A stretch of 64,000 bases of DNA from an uncultured Chloroflexia bacterium (GCA_963814375.1 CAWFCQ010000007.1:96001-160000); one strand, 5' to 3'. Positions 1 through 9,827 are shown, numbered from the stretch's first letter. Made by a program: numbers and translations. Notes: generated by a model not told the origin, from the letters alone.

Positions 1-266
1 GGCCGACGCTGACCCACCCGACCGCCTCGCCGTCGCGATAGGCGACCAATCCGGGCGCGCGCTTCTCGGCGGCCGTCGTGGCGACTGCGGCTTCGAGCAC
101 CTTCCGGTTGCCACTGGCCGTGGCGGCCTGGAAGTCGACGTTGCGGACCCGATACCACGAGCAGAAGCACCACTTCGGATCGCCGCCCTGGCCGGAAAAG
201 CGCGGCCAGATCACCGAATCGCTTCGCGGTGAGCGGATGAATCTGCAGCGGTACGGCGTCAGTCAC
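1..266 (-). CDS. GNAT family N-acetyltransferase, partial (runs off the window start; apparent +1 frameshift near 195)
   Basis: Manual translation from GTG at 266 gives VTDAVPLQIHPLTAKRFGDLAALF. After a +1 shift it continues GQGGDPKWCFCSWYRVRN...RAPGLVAYRDGEAVGWVSVG, typical of the C-x-C-containing GNAT family. The start overlaps the upstream stop. Confidence 0.7.
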   Translation of the reverse strand, partial: MTDAVPLQIHPLTAKRFGDLAALFRPGRRSEVVLLLVVSGPQRRLPGRHGQWQPEGARSRSRHDGRREARARIGRLSRRRGGRVGQRR

Positions 267-1689
267 GAGCCGATTGTGACCGACGCCGAAGCAGGAAGAG
301 CGTCCGTGGCGAGTCGCTGACCCGCGCCTCGCGCTCGATCTCGAAGGCCGCACCGAATGCGGTGCGGAATCCCTCGATCGTGTAGCCCTCGAAGATGTCG
401 CGACGCGCGGCGAGGAGGCGCTGCGTCATCGGGTCCTCCTTCGGCACGAACTCGACGATCGCGCTCGGTGCCATGCGTGCGAACAGCTCCGCCACACCGG
501 GCAGCGGCACGTTGTTGCCGATCGCGAGGTGATGCACGAGCGCGAGGGCGAGGATCAGGTCAGGCTCGCCGCGCTCGAGGAACGAGGCACGCTCTCGCAG
601 CCCCCAGCCGATGCTTGGGGAGGGATTGGCGAGGTCGAGGATGAGCGGCAGGATCTCGGGCCGGGCATCGCCACGCACCCGCCGCCAGTGCTCCTCCACG
701 CTGCCTGCGTCCTGGTCCCAGGCGATGACGCGGTAACCGGCATCGGCGGCCATGGCGCTGTACACGCCGACGTTGGCGCCGACGTCCCAGGCGGTTGTCC
801 CGCCGACCGACGCCAGCATCTCGCGCACGATCTCGCCCTTGCTGGCGGTCGCCGTCTCGGAATAGGACGTCGCGGTCGCGTACCCGGCCCAGTGACCGGA
901 CGGCTTCCAGCGCAGCCCCGAGACGGTCCGTCGCAGCGAGTCGAGCAGGGCACGCTGCCCCGTCTCGCTGATACGGCGCTCGCGCTGCTGCCCGGCCTGC
1001 GGCGCCGCCGACCCGGCGGCCCGTCGCTGAGCACCCGCATGAAGGTGGAGGTGCGAGGCGAGGCCGACATTGAGCCTCGTTCGGCCGGGCAGCAGGCGCG
1101 TGGCGAGGTCGAGCGGGATGCCGTCGATGAAGTCGCGCAGCATGAGCCCGCATCGGGCGTCGCGGTGCGCGATGAGGGCAAGGGGCGCCAGGAAATGCTC
1201 GCAGAACTGGCGATACGCGGGCCACGGCTCGGTCGCCGGCGCCTTCTCGAAGCTAAGGCTGTCGATGAGGATCGGGCGACCAGCGTCGAACTGCACGTTG
1301 TAGGCGCTCGCGTCGCGCAGACGCATCCCGGCGTCGAGCGCGCGGCCCTGGATCTCGAGCGTGAGGAGCGCAGCCTCCTTCAGCTGCGAGAAGGACCACT
1401 CGTACGGGTACGAGATGAAGTCGAGCACGCGCGGACGGATGACGGCGATGGCGCCGGGCCGGGCCGCGGCCTCGAGGGGGGCATCGGTGTGGTCGACGAG
1501 CAGCCGGTCGGCGACGAGGCGTTCGAGAAGTCCACTCGAGCCCGCGGCCTCCCAGTCGGCGGCGGCCGGCGGTTGGACCTGTCGGTAGAGGACGCCGTCG
1601 CGGCGGAAGATGAATCCGGACGGGTCGCGGAACGAGGCCGGGTCGACGACCGGCCGGTCAGCGGGTGGAATCGGACTCCTCGCCGACAT
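259..1689 (-). CDS. NoeA-like protein: N-terminal kinase-like domain plus C-terminal class I SAM-dependent methyltransferase
   Basis: SFRDPSG N-terminal motif, FISYPYEWSFSQLK, RLRDASAYNVQF...ILIDSLSF, SAM motif I WDVGANVGVYS and LALALVHHLAI. Start taken at ATG 1689. Confidence 0.8.
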   Translation of the reverse strand: MSARSPIPPADRPVVDPASFRDPSGFIFRRDGVLYRQVQPPAAADWEAAGSSGLLERLVADRLLVDHTDAPLEAAARPGAIAVIRPRVLDFISYPYEWSFSQLKEAALLTLEIQGRALDAGMRLRDASAYNVQFDAGRPILIDSLSFEKAPATEPWPAYRQFCEHFLAPLALIAHRDARCGLMLRDFIDGIPLDLATRLLPGRTRLNVGLASHLHLHAGAQRRAAGSAAPQAGQQRERRISETGQRALLDSLRRTVSGLRWKPSGHWAGYATATSYSETATASKGEIVREMLASVGGTTAWDVGANVGVYSAMAADAGYRVIAWDQDAGSVEEHWRRVRGDARPEILPLILDLANPSPSIGWGLRERASFLERGEPDLILALALVHHLAIGNNVPLPGVAELFARMAPSAIVEFVPKEDPMTQRLLAARRDIFEGYTIEGFRTAFGAAFEIEREARVSDSPRTLFLLRRRSQSARD

Positions 1690-1840
1690 CGGCGCGTTCG
1701 GGAGCCTCGCCACCGCCGCGGATGCGACGCAGGCCATCGCCGATGAAGCGACGGAAGAAGAACGGGATGGCGAGGATGCCCGCCAGGATCACCTGGAGCA
1801 GCATGCTCCCCGATCCCGGATCGATATAGGCCAATAGCAT
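1658..1840 (-). CDS. Small single-pass membrane protein with AYIDPGSGS motif (60 aa)
   Basis: MLLAYIDPGSGSMLLQVILAGILAIPFFFRR: a recognisable motif, one hydrophobic helix and a basic stop-transfer segment. Overlaps the start of the NoeA-like gene. Confidence 0.75.
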   Translation of the reverse strand: MLLAYIDPGSGSMLLQVILAGILAIPFFFRRFIGDGLRRIRGGGEAPERADVGEESDSTR

Positions 1841-1870
1841 GAAATCAAGTCCCGGGGTAGTGTTGAGCGG

Positions 1871-3455
1871 ATGTTAACCGGTACGCGCCCGGCCGGCCAC
1901 CGCCGGCGGTTCGACTGGAGCGCGGTGCCGATCCACCCGATCCTCGCCGCCGCCTATCCCGTGGTGTTCCTGTTCGCGATCAACGCGGCCGAGCAGGTCA
2001 CCCTCGAGCCGCTGTGGGCACCGCTCGCGCTCGCGATCGGCGGAACCCTCATCTGCTTCGCGGTGGCGAAGCTGATCCTCGGTGACTGGGATCGCGCAGC
2101 GTTGCTGACGACAGTGCTGGTCATCGCGTTCTTCGGGTACGGGCACGTGTGGAACGCAGCTGCCGGGCGTGGTGGACAGCCAGTGGCCGCTCATCATCGC
2201 GTGGGCGCTGCTGTTCGTGATCGCGCTGATCATCGTCTGGAAGTCGAAGCGCTGGGCACGGACCGCCACGCGCGCCCTGAACCTGGTCGTCGCGCTGGCC
2301 CTGCTGCTGAATGCCTGGGCCCTGGCCGGGACCTTCGTCGCGTTCGGCGCGGCCGCACCGGCGAGCGAGCTGACCGAGCTCGAGCTCCAGCCGCCGTCCA
2401 CCGAGGAGCTTCCGGACGTCTACTACATCATCCTCGACCGATACGCCGGCTCGACCGCGCTGAACGATGTCTACGACTTCGACAACGAGCCGTTCCTCAC
2501 CGCGCTCGAGGACCGCGGCTTCCGCGTGGCGCGGAACGCCCACGCCAACTACATCAAGACTCCGCTCTCGCTCGGCAGCTCGCTCAACATCGACTATCTC
2601 GACACCGATGCCCTCAAGGCCGAGGCATCGTCAGGGGAGGATCGCGAGCCGATCCATCGTGTCCTCCGAGATCACCTCGTCGTCCCGACCGCGCTCAAGG
2701 AGCTCGGCTACCAGTACGTCCACGTTTCGAACTGGTGGCCTCCAACTCTCGAGAACGTCGATGCGGACCGCATCTTCCGCTACGAGGGGCAGGACGAGTT
2801 CTCGACCGTGCTGGCCCAGACCACGCTGCTGCGCGCCTTCAACGAGCCCGAGGCCGCTCCCACCGACCCGTACGACTGGAGCGTTCTCATCAAGCACACG
2901 CGCTACGAGCTCGACCGGCTTGATGAGATCCCCAGCATGCCGGGCCCGAAGTTCGTCTTCGCCCACCTGCTGCTGCCCCATGACCCGTACCTGTTCAACC
3001 CCGACGGCTCAGCCACGACTCGCGAGCAGGTCGCCAGCCAGGGGCAGGTGGTCAGCTATCGGAACCAGCTGCGCTTCGCGAACGATCGGATGCTCGAGAT
3101 CGTCGACCGGATCGTGGACAGCTCGAGCAACGCCGTGATCATGATCCAGGCCGATGAGGGCCCGTTCCCGGCCCGCTATCGAGCGGCCCGTGAGTGGGGC
3201 TTCGAGTGGCGCGATGCGACCGATGCCGAGCTGGAGGAGAAGTTCGGCATCCTCTTCGCGATGCGGGTCCCCGGCGCCGATGTCGACGCCGCTGGCTTCC
3301 ACGACTCCATCACGCCGGTGAACACGTTCCGAGTCATCTTCAACGCCCGGTTCGGCACCGACCTGCCGATGCTCCCCGACCGCATCTGGGCGCACGAGGA
3401 CCTCGACCACTTCTACGACTTCTTCGAGATCACAGACCGCCTCTTGGACGATTGA
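1871..3455 (+). CDS. Membrane-anchored alkaline-phosphatase/sulfatase-superfamily protein (LtaS/NoeB-like); apparent +1 frameshift near 2166
   Basis: About five TM helices spread over ORFs 1871.. and 2169..3455, joined by removing one G in GCCGGGCGTGGTG. Soluble domain with PDVYYIILDRY, NYIKTPLSL, FAHLLLPHDPY and IQADEG. Confidence 0.75.
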
Positions 3456-3520
3456 GCCTCCCCGCGCACGGCGGCCCGCAGCCTGACTAATGCTGGCGTG
3501 GCCAGCGTATGACCGGCCGG

Positions 3521-6500
3521 CTAAGGCTTCCCTGGCGAGCGTTTGACAAGATGCGGGCCTGCGGAAGCCAGACGCTCGAGGTGCGGTCGGGCGCCGAGTT
3601 GCCGATACGCCTCCGAGGCGTGCGCCCGCAGCTCATCGGCCTCAGCAGGCTCCACGGTGGCCGCGAGCAGCTCCCGCGTGCGGGCAGCCTCGAACACAAC
3701 CCCCATAGCGTCATAGGCTGCGAGCGCGGATCGAAGGCGGTCCCGCGCGCGTCCCATCCGGCGTCCCCCGGCGGCGACGTCGATCAGCGCTTCGGCGCGA
3801 TCCAATGCGGGTGGCAGGACGGCCAGGGCACTCGCCATGCGCCGGACGCGTGGCATCGCGGCAGCAAGGCCCTCCAGGTCCTCCAATGCGCCGAGCGCCT
3901 CGAGCCAGGCGAGGTACTCGTAAGCGTTCTCCTCGGTCGTGATATGACGGGACGATTCGACGACGCGCTCCGCCATGCTTCGCCCGACGGCCAGGCTGCC
4001 GAGCGCTACACGTGCACGCGCAGCGATCGCATCCGGGGTTCCAATCAGCTCGGCCGGGCTGTTGCGGTCATGGTCGTCCAGCAGTGCCACGGCGCGCGCG
4101 GTCTCCCCGCGATGCGCCAGGACGAGAGCCCCGAGCACCGGCCCACCCCGCACATACGGACAGCCGCGGCCGCGCTCCGAAGCGAGGGCGTCGAGATGCT
4201 CGTCGATGAGCGGCGGGATCTCCTCCCAGCGGCCGAGGTTGAAGAGGACGTTCATCGTCGTGTAGGAGCCGTGCATCAGGTGGTGCGCGCTCATCTGCCG
4301 ACCGCGCTCCAGCGATCGGCGCGCCGGCGCCAGTGCATCGCCGAACCGGCCTCCGACCTCCGCGATCACGTTCGCAGCTTCAAATCCGGTCGACGCCGCA
4401 CGACCGGCGACGAGGCGCTCGTCGAGAGGCAGCGCACGCTCGGCCACAGCGAGGGCCGCTCGGAAGTCACCGACCAGCGAGTGGAGCTGCGCGAGCGTCA
4501 TGCACGCGTTCGAGGCCACGTTTACCAGCTCCATGCGGGTCGCGATCTCCAGCGCATTCTCGGCGGCCGCGATTCGTGCTCGAGCGCCAATCGGGTCGCT
4601 TTGACCTTCCGCGAGCCAGCGTAAGCCGGTCGCGGCCTTGTACGACAGGAGCGACGCCAGGTGCGTCTTTGCACCGGCGGCGGCGATGCCCTCGTCGACG
4701 ACGTCCTCGATCGCTCCGGGGTCGGGGCGGTGGCGGAAGGTACCCCAACGCGCCGCCGCCATGGCGGCCAGCTTTGAGGCGAGCCGCGCCACGGGCTCCC
4801 GGTCACTGAGCTTTCGTCGGACCTTCAATGCCTCGCCCAGCGCCTGCCATGCCTCGTCGCCGTGGTAGGCGGCGTCGTGATCATCACCGATCGCCTCGAG
4901 CGCCTCCGCTCGCTCCTCCTCGCTGCTCGCCAACCGAAGGCCGGCCTCGTGGAGTTCCAGGGCCCGGGCGATGGCCGAACGGCCGCGCAGCTGGTTGCCC
5001 GCGACGAGCTGCGCCCGATAGGCCCGTCGCCGCACCGCGTTCCCGGCCTCGGGGTCGTCCAACCAGGCGAGACGCGCGCCCTCGCCTGACAACGCTGCCT
5101 GGAAGTGCTCGGCGATCAGCTCGGTTCGTTCGTCTGACGAACTGGACGCCGCAGCCAGCCACGCGGCGAACTCGGCGTGCGCCAGTGCGCGACGCCGCTT
5201 GGACATTCCGCCGTACGCGACCTCTCGAATCAGCGCATGACGGAAGCGGTGCTCGCCGGGCTGGCCGGTTCCCGGTCTGGGATCCGGCAGCACGAGTCCG
5301 TGCCCGTGGAGCGCGTCGAGCATCTCGGCGACCCCGGTGGCCATGGCATTTGCCAGCGCATCGGCGTGGAAGAAGCGGCCGAGAACCGCCGCTTCCCTCA
5401 ATGCCCTCTTCTCGAGCGGCGGCAGGAGGTCGATGCGCGACGCGAGCAGCGCATGGACGCTATGGGGCAGCTCTGCGGCGGCGGACACGCCGCCTTCGAC
5501 GACATGTCGCACGATCTCCTCGAGGAAGAAGGGGTTGCCGTCGGCTCGCTCCAGCGCCGCCGCACGCAGCTCGGGTGGGATGCCGCGTTCGCCCACGAGC
5601 TCCGAGAGAAGTGCTTCGCTATCGGCGGCGCCCAGGGGTTCCAGGCGCAGGCGCGACACGGCCGGAAGGCCGGCGACGGCTTGCGCCCATCCGTCGCCGG
5701 CAGGGCGTGCGGTACCGACCATCAGCACCGGTCCGTCCGCCTCGAGCAGCCGCGGCAGCAGCCCGAGCAGCTCGGAGGAGGCCCAGTGAAGATCCTCGAG
5801 CACGACGACCGGCCGGTGGCGGGCCGCGAGGCCGGTGAGCAATCGGGGCCAGGCCCGCTCCAGCTCCCGCGCTACCTCTCGCGGTTCGGCCGCGGCGAGC
5901 CGGCTGTTCGGCACGGTGATGTCGGCGCTGATGGCCAGCGGATCGACGAGCCCATCGACCTCATCGCGATCCACCAGCGTCGCGACCATCGCCCGGAGGC
6001 GCTTCGCCGCCATTGCCGGCCCGTCGGCCTCACCGATTCCGGCAGCCACGTTGATGATCTCCGCCAGCGCTCCGAACGTGACTCGCTGCCCGGCGGCAAG
6101 GCAGCGCCCGCGCAGGATCCGAATTCGCGGGTCATCCTGGGCGAACACGACCTCGAGCTCGCGCACCAGCCGGCTCTTGCCAACACCGGCCTCACCCTCG
6201 ATGACCACGAGGCGCGGTTTTGCATCGGCCAGCGTTCGGTGAAGCGCGTCCCGGAGGATCCGCAGTTCGTCTCCACGGCCGACGAATTGCGCTCCAACCG
6301 TCGCCGGTCGGCCGCGTGCGGGTAGCAACCCGAGCACCGGCCACGCCTTCAGCAGGCCGGCCTTGCCCTTTGCATGCACGGCGCGAGGCGAGTCGAACGA
6401 GATCGAACCACCTGCGGCGCTCGCGGTGTCCTCGCCGACGAGGATCTCGCCCGGCGCGGCGGCCTGCTCCAGTCGAGCGCTGATGTTCACAGCGTCACCG

Positions 6501-6964
6501 GCCACCATCGGTCCCGCGGCCGAGCGGACGACCACCTCACCGCCATTGATACCGATCCGGATCGCGAGCCGAACTCCATGCTGGCGCTCGAGCTGCTCGT
6601 TGATCGTCTGGAGGCGATCTAGCATCTCCAATGCGGAGCGCACGGCACGCTCAGCATCGTCCTCATGCACTGATGGCAGTCCGAAGACGGCCATGACCGC
6701 ATCCCCGATGTACTTCTCGACGTGTCCTCCCCAGCGCTCGAGGATCTCGCTCATCTCGCTGAAGAAGCGACCCAGGATCGCGCTCAGGCGCTCTGCGTCG
6801 AGCCGATCCGCCAGCTCGGTCGAGGAGGCGAGATCGGCGAAGACGACAGTGACGTGCTTGCGCTCCTCGTCCGCCGGCTCCGTCGCGACGGGCTCCGCGC
6901 AGGCGGGACAGAAGCGCGCGTCAGGCGGGAGCGCCGCCGAGCAGCTTGCGCAGGTTACGGTCAC
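3521..6964 (-). CDS. Zinc-ribbon + class III adenylate/guanylate cyclase + AAA/STAND ATPase + TPR-like protein
   Basis: CASC...FCPAC ribbon; VFADLASST, EKYIGDAVMAVFG and GDAVNISARLEQ cyclase motifs; Walker A GEAGVGKS; LEDLHWA; GNPFFLEE. Confidence 0.9.
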   Translation of the reverse strand: MTVTCASCSAALPPDARFCPACAEPVATEPADEERKHVTVVFADLASSTELADRLDAERLSAILGRFFSEMSEILERWGGHVEKYIGDAVMAVFGLPSVHEDDAERAVRSALEMLDRLQTINEQLERQHGVRLAIRIGINGGEVVVRSAAGPMVAGDAVNISARLEQAAAPGEILVGEDTASAAGGSISFDSPRAVHAKGKAGLLKAWPVLGLLPARGRPATVGAQFVGRGDELRILRDALHRTLADAKPRLVVIEGEAGVGKSRLVRELEVVFAQDDPRIRILRGRCLAAGQRVTFGALAEIINVAAGIGEADGPAMAAKRLRAMVATLVDRDEVDGLVDPLAISADITVPNSRLAAAEPREVARELERAWPRLLTGLAARHRPVVVLEDLHWASSELLGLLPRLLEADGPVLMVGTARPAGDGWAQAVAGLPAVSRLRLEPLGAADSEALLSELVGERGIPPELRAAALERADGNPFFLEEIVRHVVEGGVSAAAELPHSVHALLASRIDLLPPLEKRALREAAVLGRFFHADALANAMATGVAEMLDALHGHGLVLPDPRPGTGQPGEHRFRHALIREVAYGGMSKRRRALAHAEFAAWLAAASSSSDERTELIAEHFQAALSGEGARLAWLDDPEAGNAVRRRAYRAQLVAGNQLRGRSAIARALELHEAGLRLASSEEERAEALEAIGDDHDAAYHGDEAWQALGEALKVRRKLSDREPVARLASKLAAMAAARWGTFRHRPDPGAIEDVVDEGIAAAGAKTHLASLLSYKAATGLRWLAEGQSDPIGARARIAAAENALEIATRMELVNVASNACMTLAQLHSLVGDFRAALAVAERALPLDERLVAGRAASTGFEAANVIAEVGGRFGDALAPARRSLERGRQMSAHHLMHGSYTTMNVLFNLGRWEEIPPLIDEHLDALASERGRGCPYVRGGPVLGALVLAHRGETARAVALLDDHDRNSPAELIGTPDAIAARARVALGSLAVGRSMAERVVESSRHITTEENAYEYLAWLEALGALEDLEGLAAAMPRVRRMASALAVLPPALDRAEALIDVAAGGRRMGRARDRLRSALAAYDAMGVVFEAARTRELLAATVEPAEADELRAHASEAYRQLGARPHLERLASAGPHLVKRSPGKP

Positions 6965-6982
6965 CGTCTCGAGCAGCCCGGC

Positions 6983-8620
6983 TCACGAGCCAGCGGTGGC
7001 CAGCACCGCCCGCTCGGCCAGCGCGATCGGCAGGCCGCCGCTGCCGGTGATGCCGTCGTGGAAGGCGCGCAGCGCATCGGTATCCGCTGATCCGTGGGCC
7101 GCGAAGAAGGCTTCACGGATGCGGACGATCTCGAGACACCCGGTCAGGTACGAGCTCGCCTGCGTCGGCCAGGCGCAGTAGCGCGTGACCTCGGCCTTCG
7201 CGGTGGGCTCAGTCAGGGCGGTGCGCTCGACCATGAAGGCGACCGCCTGGTCCCAGCTCATCTCGCCCATGTGGAGCGAGGTGTCGACGACGATGCGCGC
7301 CGCCCGGAAGATCGCGGCCTCGTGCTGGTACATCTCGTGGCGCAGGTCGGTGAAGAAGCCCTGCTCGCGCATCATCCGCTCCGCGTACAGGGCCCAACCC
7401 TCGCTGAAGTAAGGGGTCCGGTACACCTGGCGCAGCCGGCTCGGGTTTGCCTTCGACATCACCAGGTGCCAGTGGTGGCCGGGGTAGGCCTCGTGGACCG
7501 CGGTGGTGGGGATGCCCGGATAGGAATTCGAGGCGAGCCGCTGCTGGATCTCTTCTTCGGATGCGCCATCGGGCGGGAACGGCACGAAGAAGTGGCCCTG
7601 CATCCGATCGCTGAACGGCGGCGGCTGCATGTAGCTGGCGACCGCCAGGACCGGCCGCTGGAAATGCGGCGAGGGCACGACCGCGCACTCCTCGCCCTCC
7701 GGGAAGCTGACCAGCCGATGCTCGCGCAGGTACGCGCGGGCTCGCTCGGTCCAATCCTCGTAGCCGATGCGCATCGCCTCGGGCGTGGTCGGGTGATCGT
7801 CGTTGAGCTCGTCGAGAACCGATCGCCAATCGTCGGTGCCACGCAGCTCGCGGGCGCAGCGGGCGAGATCGGCGGCGATCTCGTCATAGGCGACCTTTCC
7901 GCGCTCGCGCAGCTCGCGGGCACCGAAGCCGAGCAGCTCCTTCTCCCGCAGGAGGGCCGAGTAGCGCTCCTCGCCGAGCGGGAAGTCGCCCGTGGCGTTC
8001 GGCCGCAGCCCCTCCAGGAATCCGACGTACGCGTCGTAGGCGGACCCCGCCGCTTCACCCGCTTCCGCGAGCCGATCACGCAGCGATGCATCGGCGACCT
8101 GGGCAGGCAGGATCTCGCGGACGTAGCGCGCGCCGGCCCGCGCCTGGTTCGCCGCCCGGTCGAGGAAGATGGCCGGCACGAGCTCGGCGCGCAGGTTGCG
8201 CCGGCCGTCCTCCAGGTTGCCCGGGATCAGCGCCATCCGGGCGATGGCGGCGTCGACCAGCTCCGGCATCGGCCGCAGCTGGTGGAGGAAGAGGGCGAAG
8301 ATGCCCTGCATGCCCGGGTTGAGGTACGTGTCGGGCTGGCGGCGCCAGACCTCGAAGTCGTCGATGATCTGCCGCCCTCGAAGGATGCTGATGACGAGAT
8401 CGCGATCGATCTGGTCGTCGACGCTCAGGGAGACAGTGTCGACCTCACTGAAGGCCGCCAGCCATCGCGTGTCGGCGACGCTTCGGCGAGCGAATGCCGC
8501 CTCGGACAGGTCATCGAGCTGGTCGTCGTACTCGGTCAGCCCCAGGGCGCTGGCGCGCACCGGGGAGTCGGCGAACTCGGCGTCGAGGAACTCGTTGGTG
8601 AGATCGCTGAACGACGGCAT
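6983..8620 (-). CDS. DUF885 family protein (putative zinc metallopeptidase-like)
   Basis: HEAYPGHH, FSEGWALYAE, RAARIVVDTSLH and EVTRY...PTQASSYLTG. No signal peptide. Confidence 0.9.
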   Translation of the reverse strand: MPSFSDLTNEFLDAEFADSPVRASALGLTEYDDQLDDLSEAAFARRSVADTRWLAAFSEVDTVSLSVDDQIDRDLVISILRGRQIIDDFEVWRRQPDTYLNPGMQGIFALFLHQLRPMPELVDAAIARMALIPGNLEDGRRNLRAELVPAIFLDRAANQARAGARYVREILPAQVADASLRDRLAEAGEAAGSAYDAYVGFLEGLRPNATGDFPLGEERYSALLREKELLGFGARELRERGKVAYDEIAADLARCARELRGTDDWRSVLDELNDDHPTTPEAMRIGYEDWTERARAYLREHRLVSFPEGEECAVVPSPHFQRPVLAVASYMQPPPFSDRMQGHFFVPFPPDGASEEEIQQRLASNSYPGIPTTAVHEAYPGHHWHLVMSKANPSRLRQVYRTPYFSEGWALYAERMMREQGFFTDLRHEMYQHEAAIFRAARIVVDTSLHMGEMSWDQAVAFMVERTALTEPTAKAEVTRYCAWPTQASSYLTGCLEIVRIREAFFAAHGSADTDALRAFHDGITGSGGLPIALAERAVLATAGS

Positions 8621-8668
8621 GCGGCGGCTCCTGCTGCAACCCGGGGACCGCTGATTTTAGACCCGGCC

Positions 8669-9805
8669 TCAGTCCTCGGTGATCGCGAGCTCGGAGATGC
8701 CGCCGCCGATCTCGACCTCGTAGCGGTCTGGCGCCCGGTCGTAGGCCCGCGACTTGACGCGGAGGCCGGTACCTGACGACTCTCGCCGCTGGCCGTCGAA
8801 CGTCAGGCGGGAGACGCCGCCGCCGGTGACGAGCAGGAGCGGCACGCCGGCCGGTCGTGACAGGCGCCCCTGGCTCACGCCGCCGGCGATCGCGATCCGC
8901 ACCGTCCCACTCGGCCGTGGCAGGCGCAGCCGGAAGTGGTTGACACCGCCACTGGCGGTGAAGCCCAGCAGGGAAAGTGCCCGGAGGTCGGCGTCGACGT
9001 CGGTGATGCCGTTCTCGATCTCGACGGCCCACGCCGCGCCGGGATGAAGTGCGGCGTCGATCTCGCGGCTGCGCGTATCGATCACCCTGCGGCGATAGCG
9101 CATCGTCACCGTGCCGTCGCTGGTGCGAACGTCCGGCGGCGGGCCGACGAAGGACGCGCGGATGAGCTCGCCGTCCGGCTCGGCGGAGCGAAGCACCAGC
9201 CGGGTGGCGGCCGTCTCGGCGACCATCCGCACCTGCTGGCCGAAGGCCGCGGCGCCGACATTGAGCCGCGGCGCGCCGGTGTGCAGCACGAGCCGGGCAC
9301 GAGCCACCTCGCCGATCGGTGCCTGGTAGGCGTTGTCGAGGATCCCGCCGTAGGTGGCCACTCGGAGGCGGTCGGCCTCGCGAGCGAGGGCGTCGGTGAG
9401 CGCAGCGAGGTGAGCCTCACCCTCGCGCGCGATCGCCGGGCTCACCGCCGCTCCGGCCGCGACCGCGCGCTCGATGAGCGGTGCGTACTGCGCTTCGAGC
9501 TCAGCCCAGCGGGCAGAGTCGACCCGAACGAGGAGGCGCCGACGGTCGGTGGGATCCGACTCGCGGCGCAGGAAGCCGCCGCGCTCGAGCCGGTCGAGCA
9601 CGCCCGTCACGGCGCCGCTCGTGAGGTGGCTCAGCTCGGCCAGCCGCGACGGGGTCATCTCCGGTTCGCTGGCGGCCAGCTCGAGGCAGCGCAGGTCAGT
9701 CGGGTTGATTCCCAGGCTGGCGGCCACCATCTCGTTGGTCCCGATCGCCTCGGTGATCAACCGGCGCAGCGCGCCCGGCAAGGAATTGCGGCTTGACATC
9801 GTCAT
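8669..9805 (-). CDS. MarR family transcriptional regulator fused to a C-terminal beta-strand-repeat domain
   Basis: LGINPTDLRCL, LTSGAVTGVLDRLERGGFLRRESDPTDRRR. The C-terminus has repeated GG[VI]..[LF].L beta units. Start uncertain (9805 or 9799). Confidence 0.8.
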   Translation of the reverse strand: MTMSSRNSLPGALRRLITEAIGTNEMVAASLGINPTDLRCLELAASEPEMTPSRLAELSHLTSGAVTGVLDRLERGGFLRRESDPTDRRRLLVRVDSARWAELEAQYAPLIERAVAAGAAVSPAIAREGEAHLAALTDALAREADRLRVATYGGILDNAYQAPIGEVARARLVLHTGAPRLNVGAAAFGQQVRMVAETAATRLVLRSAEPDGELIRASFVGPPPDVRTSDGTVTMRYRRRVIDTRSREIDAALHPGAAWAVEIENGITDVDADLRALSLLGFTASGGVNHFRLRLPRPSGTVRIAIAGGVSQGRLSRPAGVPLLLVTGGGVSRLTFDGQRRESSGTGLRVKSRAYDRAPDRYEVEIGGGISELAITED

Positions 9806-9827
9806 CTGTCTTGTTTCATCATGCCGA

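Noticed and set aside
529-1746. Long antisense or alternate-frame ORFs (for example 529..1746, 7094..8776, 20112..21482, 34015..36045, 49438..50760, 51588..54245)
   Set aside because: They are shadow ORFs of real genes caused by high GC and codon bias. They have no recognisable motifs and overlap well-supported CDSs.
3521-6964. Cyclase-STAND proteins as anti-phage (Avs/CBASS/Pycsar-like) defence systems
   Set aside because: The architecture matches the common signalling cyclase-ATPase-TPR family. There are no adjacent effector or defence-island genes and no visible compositional anomaly.
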